A DNA stretch of 64,000 nt from an uncultured Acidimicrobiaceae bacterium (GTDB lineage Bacteria; Actinomycetota; Acidimicrobiia; Acidimicrobiales; Bog-793): contig CAVXNB010000003.1 of the NCBI GenBank assembly GCA_963763085.1, positions 469,232 to 533,231 of the forward strand. The letters run 5' to 3'. Position 1 is the stretch's first letter. The number at the start of each line of letters is the position of its first letter. This document shows positions 52,079-63,249 of this stretch, piece after piece. A program made the position numbers and the translations under genes. The notes below the pieces were generated by a model, which had not been told where the DNA came from, did not search any database, and was given only the letters and a program-made list of their open reading frames with translations.

Positions 52079-52135
52079 GTACCCCGAGGAGCGCCCCGGC
52101 CGGCGGCCGGCGGTCAGGCTGCGTGCGGCGTCGCG

Positions 52136-52546
52136 CTATCCGAGTCCGGGGAAGAAGATCTCGATCTCCCGCGCCGCCGACTCGGCACTGTCCGAGCCGT
52201 GAATGAGGTTCTCCGTCAGCTCGACTGCGAGATCGCCCCGGATCGTGCCGGGCGGCGCCTCGGCGGGATTGGTCGGCCCCATCAGGATGCGCACGATCTT
52301 CCAGGTGTCGGGCGGGCCGGCGACGACCATGACCATGGCCGGGCTCCGGCCGATGAACCCGACGAGGTCGCCGTAGAACGGCTTCCCGGCGTGCTCGGCG
52401 TAGTGGCGGCCCGCCGTCTCGGCATCGATCATTCGCAACTCAGCCGCCAAGATGCGAAGGCCCTTTCGTTCGAGTCGGCCGACGATCTCGCCGATCAGAC
52501 CCCGTTCCACGGCATCGGGCTTGCAAATGACCAGCGTGCGCTCCAC
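52136..52546 (-). CDS. ndk: nucleoside-diphosphate kinase
   Basis: 136-aa Ndk ([29 protein letters not shown]..). Confidence 0.95.
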   Translation of the reverse strand: MERTLVICKPDAVERGLIGEIVGRLERKGLRILAAELRMIDAETAGRHYAEHAGKPFYGDLVGFIGRSPAMVMVVAGPPDTWKIVRILMGPTNPAEAPPGTIRGDLAVELTENLIHGSDSAESAAREIEIFFPGLG

Positions 52547-52619
52547 GGGCGGGGACCCTAATCGCCATCGGGACGAAGCGGCAACGTCCGAGGCGCACGG
52601 GCACGCGCCCGGCGGGCGT

Positions 52620-54003
52620 TCAGCGAAGCGCCGTTCGCGCCGCCCCGACGACGTAGAGCGAACCCGTCACGAGCACGAGATCGTCGCGGTCCACAAGCTC
52701 GAGCGCCCGGTCGACCGCCTCGGCGGTCGTCCCGGACTCCTCCGCCACAAGACCCGAGTGATCGCGCCGCAGCCGCGACCTTCTCCGGCTCCTGGGCCCG
52801 GGGCGAGGGGGGACGGCAGGCCACGACCGCGGCGATGCGGTCGGGACCGAGCGCCGAGAGAAGCTCTCGCGGATCGCGCCCACCCAGGCAGCCCATGACG
52901 ACCACCACCCGCCGAGCGGCGGCGAAGTCCTCCCTGAGCGCTCGGCCGGCGGCGGCTGCACCGGCGGCATTGTGGGCGCCGTCGAGAACGACCAGAGGAT
53001 GGCGGCGCATCACCTCGAGTCGCCCAGGCACAGTGACCGAGGCGAGCGCGCTGCTGACGAGATCCTGCTCGAGGGGCGTCTCGAGGAAGGCCTGCGCCGC
53101 CGCGACCGCACAAGCTGCGTTGTCCGCCTGGTGCGCACCGTGAAGCGGAACGAGCACGTCGGAGAATCGCCCGAGTGGCGTCCACAGGTCGACCACCCGC
53201 CCACCGACGGCGAGCCGGTTGGACTCGCAACCGAACTCCTCCCCGCGCCGCCAGATCGCACGTGTACCGGCGCGCTCTGCCTCGGCCTCGAAGATCGCCG
53301 AGACAACCGGCTCGCGCTCGCCGAGCACGAGGAGCGAGCCCGGCTTCACGATGCCGGCCTTCTCGGCTGCGATCGATTCCCTGGTCGTGCCGAGGATGTC
53401 GGTGTGGTCGAGCTCGACGTTCGTCACGACGGCGACGTCCCCATCGGCGACGTTCGTGGCGTCGTAGCGGCCGCCCAGCCCAACCTCGATGACCGCGGCC
53501 TCTGCCGCCTGGTCGGCGAACCAGGCGAAGGCCGCAGCCGTCACGAGCTCGAACCACGTCGCCCTGAGGTCGAGGAAGCGCTCGAGCTCGGCCAGGGTCC
53601 CGAGAACTGCGACGAGAGCGTCGTCGGAGATCTCGGCGCCATCGAACTCCAGCCGCTCGTTGATCCGCTCGAGGTGCGGGCTCGAGTAGGTGCCGACCGT
53701 CAGCCCGCACGCCTGCAGGATCGCCGCCGCCATCCGCGAGGTGGAGCCTTTGCCGTTCGTACCGGTGACGTGAATGATCGGGTACGCAGCCTGCGGGTCG
53801 TCCAGCGCCTCGACGAGCGCCCTGATGCGCTCGAGGCTGGGCAGCCCGAGGCGGCCGGCCCGGCCCGACTCGATCGCCTCGAGATTGACGTGCCGGTCCA
53901 GCCAGGCGAGCGTCTCGCCAAGGGAGGGTGGCCCGGCGCCCGGCAGCGGGAGCAGCGGCGCCGGCTCCCCGTGAGAGCCGCTCTGCCGATCAGATTGAGG
54001 CAC
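52620..54003 (-). pseudogene. folC: bifunctional folylpolyglutamate synthase/dihydrofolate synthase with an apparent frameshift near the C-terminus
   Basis: ORF 52558..54003 gives the Mur-ligase core (..IHVTGTNGKGST..) through ..EKVAAAARSLG and then turns to junk. ORF 52620..52970 ends with the canonical ..[20 protein letters not shown]. They join near 52745-52770. The span is 1384 nt, not a multiple of 3. Confidence 0.8.
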
Positions 54004-54035
54004 GCCTCAAGAGCGCTCGTGGAAGCCGGGAGCTG

Positions 54036-55313
<1,278 letters not shown>

Positions 55314-55328
55314 ATTGCCCCCCGTAGC

Positions 55329-55958
55329 TCAGGCTGCGCCGACGGCCGCGGCGATGCCGACGGCCTCCCTGCTGGTGATGACCTCGTCGATGATGCCGTA
55401 CTCCTTGGCTTCCTCGGCATCCATGATGAAGTCCCGGTCCGTGTCCTTGTGGAGCCTCTCCGGCGACTGACCGGTGTCGTTCGCGAGCATCTCGTTCAGG
55501 AGATCCCGCATCCGGAGGATCTCCTTCGCCTGCAGCTCGATATCGCTCGCCTGTCCTCCGCCTCCGCCGTAGGGCTGGTGGAGCAGGATGCGAGCATGCG
55601 GGAGCGCGAACCGCTTTCCCTTCGTGCCTGCGGCAAGCAGGACGGCCGCCGCCGACGCCGCCTGTCCGAAGCAGAACGTCGACTTGTCGGGCCGCACGTA
55701 CTTCATGGTGTCGTAGATCGCGAACAGCGCCGTGATGTCGCCGCCGGGCGAATTGATGTAGATGTTGATGTCCTTCTCGGGATCCTCGGACTCGAGAAAC
55801 AGCATCTGCGCGCACACGAGGTTCGCCACCGTGTCATCGATCGGTGTCCCGATGAAGATGATCCGCTCGCGAAGCAGCCTCGAGAAAAGGTCGTAGGCCC
55901 GCTCGCCCCTCGGCGACTGCTCGACAACCGTCGGGACGAGGTAGTCATACGCGGTCAA
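55329..55958 (-). CDS. clpP: ATP-dependent Clp protease proteolytic subunit
   Basis: 209-aa ClpP (..[25 protein letters not shown]..). There is only one clpP copy in this window. Confidence 0.95.
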   Translation of the reverse strand: MTAYDYLVPTVVEQSPRGERAYDLFSRLLRERIIFIGTPIDDTVANLVCAQMLFLESEDPEKDINIYINSPGGDITALFAIYDTMKYVRPDKSTFCFGQAASAAAVLLAAGTKGKRFALPHARILLHQPYGGGGGQASDIELQAKEILRMRDLLNEMLANDTGQSPERLHKDTDRDFIMDAEEAKEYGIIDEVITSREAVGIAAAVGAA

Positions 55959-55961
55959 GTT

Positions 55962-57407
55962 TCAGCCCTCCTTGCTCGATGCGGACTCGACCGCGCCCAC
56001 GTCTGCGGTCTCGGCCTCGATGTCGGTGCCGTCCGCGGCACCGTCATCCGCCTCCACCACATCCGCGTCCGCGACCTCGGCCGCCGCCTCCTCGGAGCCG
56101 CCGGCTTCGAGGAGCAAAGATCGATCCATTGGGGCCCCTTGCTCATCCACGAGGTCGACAGAATCGGTGAGCCACTCCACCGCCTTCTCGTTCCTCACCT
56201 CGGAGCGTAGCTGCTCCAGACCACCGGTCCCTGCGAGGCGGGTCGCGAGCGTCCGCGCGCTCTGGCCGGTCTGGGACGCGAGACGCTCGATCTCGGCCAC
56301 CAGGTCCTCGTCGTTCACCGTGATCTCCTCGGCATCGGCGAGGGCCCGCAAGGCGAGATCCACGCGGACCTGAGAGGCGGCTTGGCGTTCGATCTCCTCG
56401 GTGAGCTCGGACCCGTCCTGGCCGGAGGCCTCCAGGTACTGGTCGATCGTCAGACCGCGATCGGACAGGCGATGGGCGAGGGCGTCGCGAGCTCGTTCCG
56501 CCGCCGCCTCGACGAGGGTCGGCGGGGGCTCCTCGGAGACCAGCTCGGCGAGGGCGTCAACCGCCCGCTCACGAAGAATGAGCCGCGCCTCGAGCCTCTT
56601 CAAGCTGGTGAGACGGGTTGCCAGGTCCTCTCGCAGCTCCTCGAGGGTCTCGAACTCCGACGCGTCCGAGGCCCACTCGTCGTTCGCCTCGGGGAGCACC
56701 TTCTCGCGCACCTGCTTGACGAGCAGCCGCAGCTTGCCGGCGCCGCCCTGCATCTGAGGGGCATCGATCTCGACGATGTCGCCGGCCTTCTTGCCGCGCA
56801 GCTCGGCGTCGGCCCCTTCCGCGATGCCGCCCGTCCCGACCTCGTACACGAAGTCGTCGGCGCTCATCCCGTCCGCGATCTCTCCCCCGCGCACCCCGTG
56901 CACGTCGACGGTGACGAGATCACCGTCCCGAGCTGGTCGTTCGACCTCGCTCAGCTGGGCGAACTGCTCCCTGAGCCGGTCGATGCGGGCATCGATCTCG
57001 AGCTCGGTCGGCTCGATCGGCGGAACCGTGACGACGAGGCCCTGGTAGCCCGCTATCGAGACCTTCGGGCGTATCTCCACCACGGCGTCGAAGGCGAGAG
57101 CGCCGGCGTCCTCGCCCGATGTGATGTCGATCTCCGGGGCGGAGATCGTGTCGAGCGATGCTTCCTCGACGGCCTGGGCGTAATAGTCCGGCAGCGCGTG
57201 CCGGATCACCTCGGCGCGGATCGCCTGGGCTCCGAGACGTACCTCGAGCAGCCGCCGGGGCACCTTCCCGGGGCGGAAGCCAGGCACGCTGACTTCTTTC
57301 TGCAACCGGCGGAACGTCTCGTCGACTGCGGTCCGAAGCTCCTCCTCGTCGACCTCGACGGTGAGCTTGACGCGGTTGCCCTCGAGGGCCTCGGAAGTGG
57401 AGCGCAT
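55962..57407 (-). CDS. tig: trigger factor
   Basis: 481-aa Tig (..KEVSVPGFRPGKVPRRLLE..) with an acidic C-terminal tail. Confidence 0.9.
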   Translation of the reverse strand: MRSTSEALEGNRVKLTVEVDEEELRTAVDETFRRLQKEVSVPGFRPGKVPRRLLEVRLGAQAIRAEVIRHALPDYYAQAVEEASLDTISAPEIDITSGEDAGALAFDAVVEIRPKVSIAGYQGLVVTVPPIEPTELEIDARIDRLREQFAQLSEVERPARDGDLVTVDVHGVRGGEIADGMSADDFVYEVGTGGIAEGADAELRGKKAGDIVEIDAPQMQGGAGKLRLLVKQVREKVLPEANDEWASDASEFETLEELREDLATRLTSLKRLEARLILRERAVDALAELVSEEPPPTLVEAAAERARDALAHRLSDRGLTIDQYLEASGQDGSELTEEIERQAASQVRVDLALRALADAEEITVNDEDLVAEIERLASQTGQSARTLATRLAGTGGLEQLRSEVRNEKAVEWLTDSVDLVDEQGAPMDRSLLLEAGGSEEAAAEVADADVVEADDGAADGTDIEAETADVGAVESASSKEG

Positions 57408-57494
57408 AGTTCGTGGGTACTCTACCGGCCGTACCCGGCACCGGCCGCCACTCCGCTCACAGCGTGCGACCCGATGCCAGGCGCGGCGGGCTGC

Positions 57495-59141
57495 TCAGGA
57501 CTTGTACATCCTTTGGAAGCCGTAGTTCGACAGTGAGAGGCCGGTGAGGCCGGGCACGACCCCGCCCAGTTTCTTGGAGTAGCCGTCGATGACCGGGGGG
57601 AAGTACGGGATGATGTAGCCGCCGTAGTTGTAGTCGATCATCTGCATCTCGTGGGCGAGCTCGGTTCGCAGGTTGTCGTCGAGGGTGGCGGTGGCCTGGT
57701 TGTACAAGTGGATGTACTGCGGGCCGAACTTGGGTGGGTCGGGACTCGCGAAGTGGGTCTCGTTGAACGGCGAGTTGGGCAGCGTCGCTTCGGAGACCTG
57801 GGGCAGGTAGTCGGCGTAGTACCAGTAGTCCTGCGCGAACGTCCACTTCAGGTAGTTGGTTCCGTAGAACTCGGTCACGGTCACCGGCTGGAGATTGATC
57901 GTGATGCCGGCGAGCGAGGCCTGCTGCTTCAGCACCTGGGCCATGGCGGTCGTGCCCTGGGCGATGTCGGCCGTCTGCATCGTGACCGTCAGGTTCTCCT
58001 GACCGGCCTTCTTGAGGAGGGACTTTGCCTGGGCGATGTCCTGCACCCGCTGCGGGATGGACGTGTCGAAATCGGCGGAGAGCGGCGAGAAGATGTCGTT
58101 GCCGATCCGGCCGTTGCCGCCGAAGACGAGCCTGAGCATCTGCTCACGGTCGACGCAGAGGCGCAACGCCTGGCGCACTCTCACATCGTTGAACGGGGCG
58201 GTGTCGACGCGCATCGTCACCGGGGTCATTCCGGCTGCCTTTGACACGAGGACGTTGGCGCCGCCGCTATGCACGGTGTTGATCGAGTCGACAGAGAGCA
58301 GGTTCACGCAGTCCGCTTGTCCGCTGACGAGAGCGTTCACCTGGCTGGTCTCGTCCTGGAAGTCGGTGATGACGACGCTGTCGACGTAGGGGTAGGGCGA
58401 GTCCCAGTAGTTCGGGTTGCGGTTGAAGACGCTCCGCTCACCGGGCGTGAACGATTCGTACACGAACGGCCCGGTGCCGACTGGCTTCTTCGGGTCGAAA
58501 CCGACCGGCAGGATGCTCAGGTAGTAGTAGTAACCGATGATCGAAGGCACGAACGTCGCGAACGGCACGTGGCAGGGGATCTGCACCGTGAGGTCGTCGA
58601 GCGCCTTCATGTTCTTGACGTCGCACGAGGCGAGCGACGAGGCACCGCCGAGGTTGCCGCTCACGACGCGCTGGTAGCTGTAGATCACGTCCTGGGCGGT
58701 CAAGGGCTTGCCGTTGTGGAACGTGACGCCCTTCCTGAGCTTGACCGTCCAGACCGTGGCCGCCTTGTTCGGCTCGATCGACTCGGCAAGGGTGTACCTC
58801 GGCTGGCAGTTGAGGTCCCAGACGACGAGCGCGTCGTACAAGCTGACGATCCGGGCGAAGTCGACGTTGTTGACACCCTTCTGGCCGTCGACCGTGTCGG
58901 ACGAGTCACCGCCCGTCAGCGCCACGTTGAGGACGCCGCCCTTGGGGATCTTGTTGGACGGGAGCGTTGTCCCGGTTGTAGCGGTCGTCGTCGTGCCGCT
59001 CGACGAGGAACCGCACGCCGCCAGGGCGGTCCCGCCGGCTCCGAGCGCAACCGCTCCCGCGGTGAGCTTCAGGAAGTCTCGCCTGGAGGTTCCGCTCAAC
59101 CGACTGAGCTCGTCGCCGCTGACAGCTCCATCCCGACCCAT
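57495..59141 (-). CDS. ABC transporter substrate-binding lipoprotein, family 5 (peptide/nickel type), Tat signal
   Basis: ATG 59141 is preceded by GGGGGAG. Twin-arginine motif SRRDFLKL plus lipobox LAAC. SBP_bac_5-like body (..YTLAESIEPN..VTFHNGKPLTAQDV..). Confidence 0.85.
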   Translation of the reverse strand: MGRDGAVSGDELSRLSGTSRRDFLKLTAGAVALGAGGTALAACGSSSSGTTTTATTGTTLPSNKIPKGGVLNVALTGGDSSDTVDGQKGVNNVDFARIVSLYDALVVWDLNCQPRYTLAESIEPNKAATVWTVKLRKGVTFHNGKPLTAQDVIYSYQRVVSGNLGGASSLASCDVKNMKALDDLTVQIPCHVPFATFVPSIIGYYYYLSILPVGFDPKKPVGTGPFVYESFTPGERSVFNRNPNYWDSPYPYVDSVVITDFQDETSQVNALVSGQADCVNLLSVDSINTVHSGGANVLVSKAAGMTPVTMRVDTAPFNDVRVRQALRLCVDREQMLRLVFGGNGRIGNDIFSPLSADFDTSIPQRVQDIAQAKSLLKKAGQENLTVTMQTADIAQGTTAMAQVLKQQASLAGITINLQPVTVTEFYGTNYLKWTFAQDYWYYADYLPQVSEATLPNSPFNETHFASPDPPKFGPQYIHLYNQATATLDDNLRTELAHEMQMIDYNYGGYIIPYFPPVIDGYSKKLGGVVPGLTGLSLSNYGFQRMYKS

Positions 59142-59234
59142 GAATCTCCCCCTTGTTTCCGACAGACAGCCTGCCGGCTGAGTTGCGAGAACGTTACGCA
59201 CACCTTTTTACCCTGTCAACGAACCGCTCGGTCG

Positions 59235-59882
59235 TCACCGCCAGGCGAAGACGGGCTGGTCGAAGCACGCGACGCGGGTCGGTCGTCCGTGCATCGCCGC
59301 TTCACGGAGCTGATAAAGGATGGCTCCGGTCGGAGCGAACACCGAGTCGCCCGAGCCGAGCGGCACTTCGATGACCTCCCGCTCACTCTCGGGAATGCGG
59401 GTCAGGCGCGGCACACCCGGACGGTCCAAAAGCGCGAGCGGGAAGAGATGGGCGGCAGCCACCTCCGCCGGGTCGATACGCAAGGCGCCGGCTTCGCCGC
59501 CCCAGACGACCACAGGAGAGATGGCGAATCCCGATCGTGTGGCGTAGTCGTCGAGGCGGCCGAGCACGGAGGTCGTGTCGAGTCGCAGACCCACTTCCTC
59601 CTCGAGCTCTCTGAGCGCTGCCGCCTCGACGGCCTCGCCTGGATCGAGACGTCCCCCGGGGAAGGCCCACTGGCCGGAGTGGTTGCGGAGTCCCTGGGCG
59701 CGCTCGGTCAGGACGAAGCACGCGGCTCCGTCCCTCCGGGCGACGATCGCCACGGCGACAGCGGCCCTGCGGAGGCCGGCGGGCAAGGGCGGTGCGAGCT
59801 CGAAGCCAGCCAGGTTGACCGTAAGGCGCGCCCGAAGCTCGGGGGTCGCCGTGTAGGCGTCTCCTGTCTGCATGCAGGCCAC
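59235..59882 (-). CDS. NUDIX hydrolase (CoA pyrophosphatase-like)
   Basis: Nudix box GQWAFPGGRLDPGEAVEAAALRELEEEVGL. The start is either the GTG at 59882 or the ATG at 59873. Confidence 0.75.
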   Translation of the reverse strand: MACMQTGDAYTATPELRARLTVNLAGFELAPPLPAGLRRAAVAVAIVARRDGAACFVLTERAQGLRNHSGQWAFPGGRLDPGEAVEAAALRELEEEVGLRLDTTSVLGRLDDYATRSGFAISPVVVWGGEAGALRIDPAEVAAAHLFPLALLDRPGVPRLTRIPESEREVIEVPLGSGDSVFAPTGAILYQLREAAMHGRPTRVACFDQPVFAWR

Positions 59883-60074
59883 CGTAACGGATGGGGGAAC
59901 TGTTTTCGGAGGGGGCTGGTTTCTTGGCGGAAACGGCGGTGAGGTCGGGCCTCTGTCTCAATCTCTGGACAGTGAGTCCACGCAGTGTTACAACGGCGCT
60001 GCCGGCTGGACCGACGAGGAGGAACGGGTGGTCGATCTGCGGAGCGGTTGCGCCTTGGATACAGGAGGCGGCGA

Positions 60075-60935
60075 ATGAGGGGGCTGTCTGGCCGCGCCGC
60101 GGTCGTCACGGGCGCCAGCTCCGGCATCGGCCTTGCCATCGCCAAACGCCTTGCGGAAGAAGGAGCGCGCCTGCTCCTGATCGCGCTCCCCGCCGATGGC
60201 GCCGACCTCGAAGCGGCGGTGGCGGACCTCGCCTCCAACGGGGCCGACGTGCACGGCTTGGAGGCCGACATCTCGGACGCCGAGACTCCGGACCGCATGA
60301 TCTCCGACTCGCTCCGGCATTTCGGACGGCTCGACATCCTCGTCAACAACGCCGGCATCGCCTTCTTCGAGGACATCTTCGACACACCGGTCGAGCACCT
60401 GGACAGGACGCTGGCGGTGAACGTCCGAGGCTGCTTCGCGATGTCGCTCGCAGCCGCTCGGCAGATGCGGACCCAGGAGGGCGGCGCAATCGTGAACACG
60501 CTCTCGACCGCGTCGCTGATCGGCGAGGAGTTCCAGGTCACCTACAACGTGTCAAAGGGAGCGGTCGCCTCCTTGACCCGCGGGCTCGCCCTCGACCTCG
60601 CCCCGTACGGGATCCGCGTGAACGGCGTCGCCCCCGGTTGGGTCCGGACCCGGGCGACCGGCCGCATCATCGGCGACCCGACGCAATGGTCCAAGCACCG
60701 CTCGCGCATTCCGCTCGATCGTCCCGCCGACCCCGACGAGGTGGCTTCCTTGTACGCCTTCCTCGCATCGGACGACGCTTCCTATGTGACCGGTTCGATC
60801 TTCGTCTGCGACGGCGGTATGACGAGCGGCTTCCGCTACGGCGGATGGGCCGCTGTGGAGGAACCCGTGCCCGGGCCGGCGACCGTTATGCCCAAGCTCC
60901 CGGCCGAGCTTCACCAGACCGATGCCGTCCGGTAG
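60075..60935 (+). CDS. SDR-family oxidoreductase
   Basis: ATG 60075 is preceded by AGGAGG. Motifs TGASSGIG, NNAG and YNVSK. Confidence 0.85.
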   Translation: MRGLSGRAAVVTGASSGIGLAIAKRLAEEGARLLLIALPADGADLEAAVADLASNGADVHGLEADISDAETPDRMISDSLRHFGRLDILVNNAGIAFFEDIFDTPVEHLDRTLAVNVRGCFAMSLAAARQMRTQEGGAIVNTLSTASLIGEEFQVTYNVSKGAVASLTRGLALDLAPYGIRVNGVAPGWVRTRATGRIIGDPTQWSKHRSRIPLDRPADPDEVASLYAFLASDDASYVTGSIFVCDGGMTSGFRYGGWAAVEEPVPGPATVMPKLPAELHQTDAVR

Positions 60936-61752
60936 CCGCGACTCCGCCGGGCCGGCGGTGGTCGCCCTCGTGACCGGCGCCGCCCGAGGCATGGGCGCGG
61001 CCGTGGCCGGCCGGCTCGCTCAGGACGGATTCGCCATCGCCGCGCTCGACGTCAACTCGAGCCGCGAGACGGTCGCGACCGTCACCGCGACCGGCGTGCC
61101 CGCCGCCGAGTACCACTGCGACGTACGCGACTGGGACGAGGTCCAGCGAGTCGTGGCCGAGATCGAGGACCGGCAGGGCCCAATCGGCGTGCTGGCGTCG
61201 GTGGCCGGCGTCTGGGAGGCGATCCCGTTTCTGGAGCTGGACCCGCAGGGCTGGAGTCGCGTCGTCGACGTCAACCTGACCGGCTCGTTCCACATCGCTC
61301 GCGCCGTCGCGCAGCGGATGGTGGCGCGCCGGTCCGGGTCGATCGTGTGCGTGGCGTCGAACGCCGCCTTCATGGCTTGGGAGGGTGGGGCGCACTACTC
61401 GGCCTCGAAGGCGGGGCTCGTCGGGCTCGTCAAGGGCATGGCGCTCGAGCTCGGCCCGCACGGCATCCGGGTGAACGCCGTCTGTCCCGGAACGGTCAGG
61501 ACGCCGGCCAATTCCGACGAGCTCGACCTTCCGGGCGTCGAGGATGCGCAAGCGGCGGCGTGTCCGCTCGGCAGGATCGGGGCGGCGGACGACATCGCGG
61601 AGGCGGTGGCGTTTCTGGCGGACGACGCCAAGGCGTCATGGGTCACAGGCACGAGCCTCCTCGTCGACGGTGGGTTCGGCACTCACGGCGAAGGCGCCGA
61701 ATTCGGCGGCCATTCAATCTCGGTGGTGGATGCGTCCGAGACGCTCACCTAG
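60922..61752 (+). CDS. SDR-family oxidoreductase
   Basis: Motifs TGAARGMG and YSASK, with a classical SDR core of about 250 aa. It overlaps the previous gene by 14 nt. Confidence 0.85.
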   Translation: MPSGSRDSAGPAVVALVTGAARGMGAAVAGRLAQDGFAIAALDVNSSRETVATVTATGVPAAEYHCDVRDWDEVQRVVAEIEDRQGPIGVLASVAGVWEAIPFLELDPQGWSRVVDVNLTGSFHIARAVAQRMVARRSGSIVCVASNAAFMAWEGGAHYSASKAGLVGLVKGMALELGPHGIRVNAVCPGTVRTPANSDELDLPGVEDAQAAACPLGRIGAADDIAEAVAFLADDAKASWVTGTSLLVDGGFGTHGEGAEFGGHSISVVDASETLT

Positions 61753-61787
61753 CCCGCTCGCCATCACAGAAAGGCAAGGCTCTGCAC

Positions 61788-62402
61788 ATGCTGGTCTACA
61801 TCGAATACATCAGCCGACGGCCCAACATCTCCCTCGAGCACTTCCACGCCATAGCCCAGCTCGGCCAGGACGGCTGGGCGGGTCAGTACGGCGCCGATCG
61901 CCTCCTGCTCCACATGGGCCGGACGTGGCGGATCGGGCCCGAACCGGAGTACGTCGCCGTTTGGCTCACGCCGGACAGCGGCATGGACCGGCTCGACGAC
62001 TGGGCACGGGCCTTCGCGAGCGGAGAAGCGGACGCATTCGAGAAGCCGATGGAGGTGGCCGCCCGCCTGGACGCCGCCGGTTGTTACGAAGCCCTTCGCG
62101 AACCCGAGGCCCATCGAGGCGGCCGCTACTACGCGGAGTACTTCGACTTCGAGCCGGGCGCGTCGCAAGACGACGTGCGCGCGTTCTTCGAGCATCGTCA
62201 GCAGGGCAATGGGCACGGGCTGCCGGTGCTCGTGGACCGCATCGGGCACCTCGGCCCTGACCCGAGAGGCCTGGCGTTCTGGGTCCTCCCGAATTTCGGC
62301 GCTCTGGAAGGGCTTGCTCGGGAGTGCGAACAGGCCGAGTCCTCACCGATCCGGCTCGTGACCGCCGGCCTGTACGCCGAGCTCGGCCAAGAGGTGCTCT
62401 AG
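61788..62402 (+). CDS. hypothetical protein, possibly two tandem small alpha+beta (EthD/Dabb-like) domains
   Basis: ATG 61788. 204 aa. The two halves have similar openings (MLVYIEYISRRPNISLEHF.. and RYYAEYFDFEPGASQDDVRAFF..). The upstream part of the 351-aa ORF is Arg-rich junk overlapping the SDR gene. Confidence 0.55.
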   Translation: MLVYIEYISRRPNISLEHFHAIAQLGQDGWAGQYGADRLLLHMGRTWRIGPEPEYVAVWLTPDSGMDRLDDWARAFASGEADAFEKPMEVAARLDAAGCYEALREPEAHRGGRYYAEYFDFEPGASQDDVRAFFEHRQQGNGHGLPVLVDRIGHLGPDPRGLAFWVLPNFGALEGLARECEQAESSPIRLVTAGLYAELGQEVL

Positions 62403-62452
62403 GCCCGAGGCCGCCGAGGCCGCCGAGGCCGCTCACATCGTCGGGGGACGGC

Positions 62453-63235
62453 TCACCGACCTGAAAGGTCGAGGCCATGGCCGAGTAGCGCCGAGACTTC
62501 GGCTGCAGAGGCCATTATCAGCTTGCACAGCTTGTCGAAGTCGCGCCCGACGACCGCCGGCCGCACGCCGCTGATGGAGAGCGCCGCACGGATCCGGCCG
62601 GTGTGATCGAAGATCGGAGCGCCGAGCGCGGCGATGCCGATCGTCACGTCCTCGTCGCTCACGGCATAGCCCTTCGCTCGCACCTCGCTGAGGGCGCGCT
62701 TGACCGCCGACGGCGTCGATGGCGTGCGGTCGGTGAAGGAGACGAGATCCACCCGGCGCAGGTAGTCGGCCTGCACGTCCTTCGGCTCGTAAGCAAGCAG
62801 GACCCTCGGGGCTGCGCCGGCGTGCAGGGGCAGCGATCCCCCGAGTCCGAGCGCCAGCGCCTGCACGTGTTTGCCGGGCAGGCACTCGATGCAGACCGCG
62901 ACGTCGTCGCGCCTCACACAGAGGAAGACCGTTTCCTCGGTCAGCTCGTGAAGACGCTCCATTACGGGCAGGGCCAGCTGGCGTTCGTCGAAGCGCTGCG
63001 CGACCCGCGTCCCGAGCTGGAAGAGCTTGAGGCCGAGCCGGAAGGTCCCCCTGCGATTCCCCGCCTCGACGAGCTCGGCCGTCGAGAGGCTGGCGAGCAG
63101 CCGGTACACGCTCGAACGTGGCTCGCTCAAGAGCTCGGTCAGCTCCGAAGCGGTGAGCTCGCCGTTGGCGGCAAGGTAGTCGAGGGCCTCCGCCGCCTTG
63201 GCCACCGTTTGGACCGGGCTGTCGCGCGGGCCCAT
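62453..63235 (-). CDS. IclR-family transcriptional regulator
   Basis: ATG 63235. 260 aa. N-terminal wHTH (..VAKAAEALDYLAANGELTASELTELLSEPRSSVYRLLASL..) plus an IclR effector domain. Confidence 0.85.
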   Translation of the reverse strand: MGPRDSPVQTVAKAAEALDYLAANGELTASELTELLSEPRSSVYRLLASLSTAELVEAGNRRGTFRLGLKLFQLGTRVAQRFDERQLALPVMERLHELTEETVFLCVRRDDVAVCIECLPGKHVQALALGLGGSLPLHAGAAPRVLLAYEPKDVQADYLRRVDLVSFTDRTPSTPSAVKRALSEVRAKGYAVSDEDVTIGIAALGAPIFDHTGRIRAALSISGVRPAVVGRDFDKLCKLIMASAAEVSALLGHGLDLSGR

Positions 63236-63249
63236 CGACCTCGCCGTCC

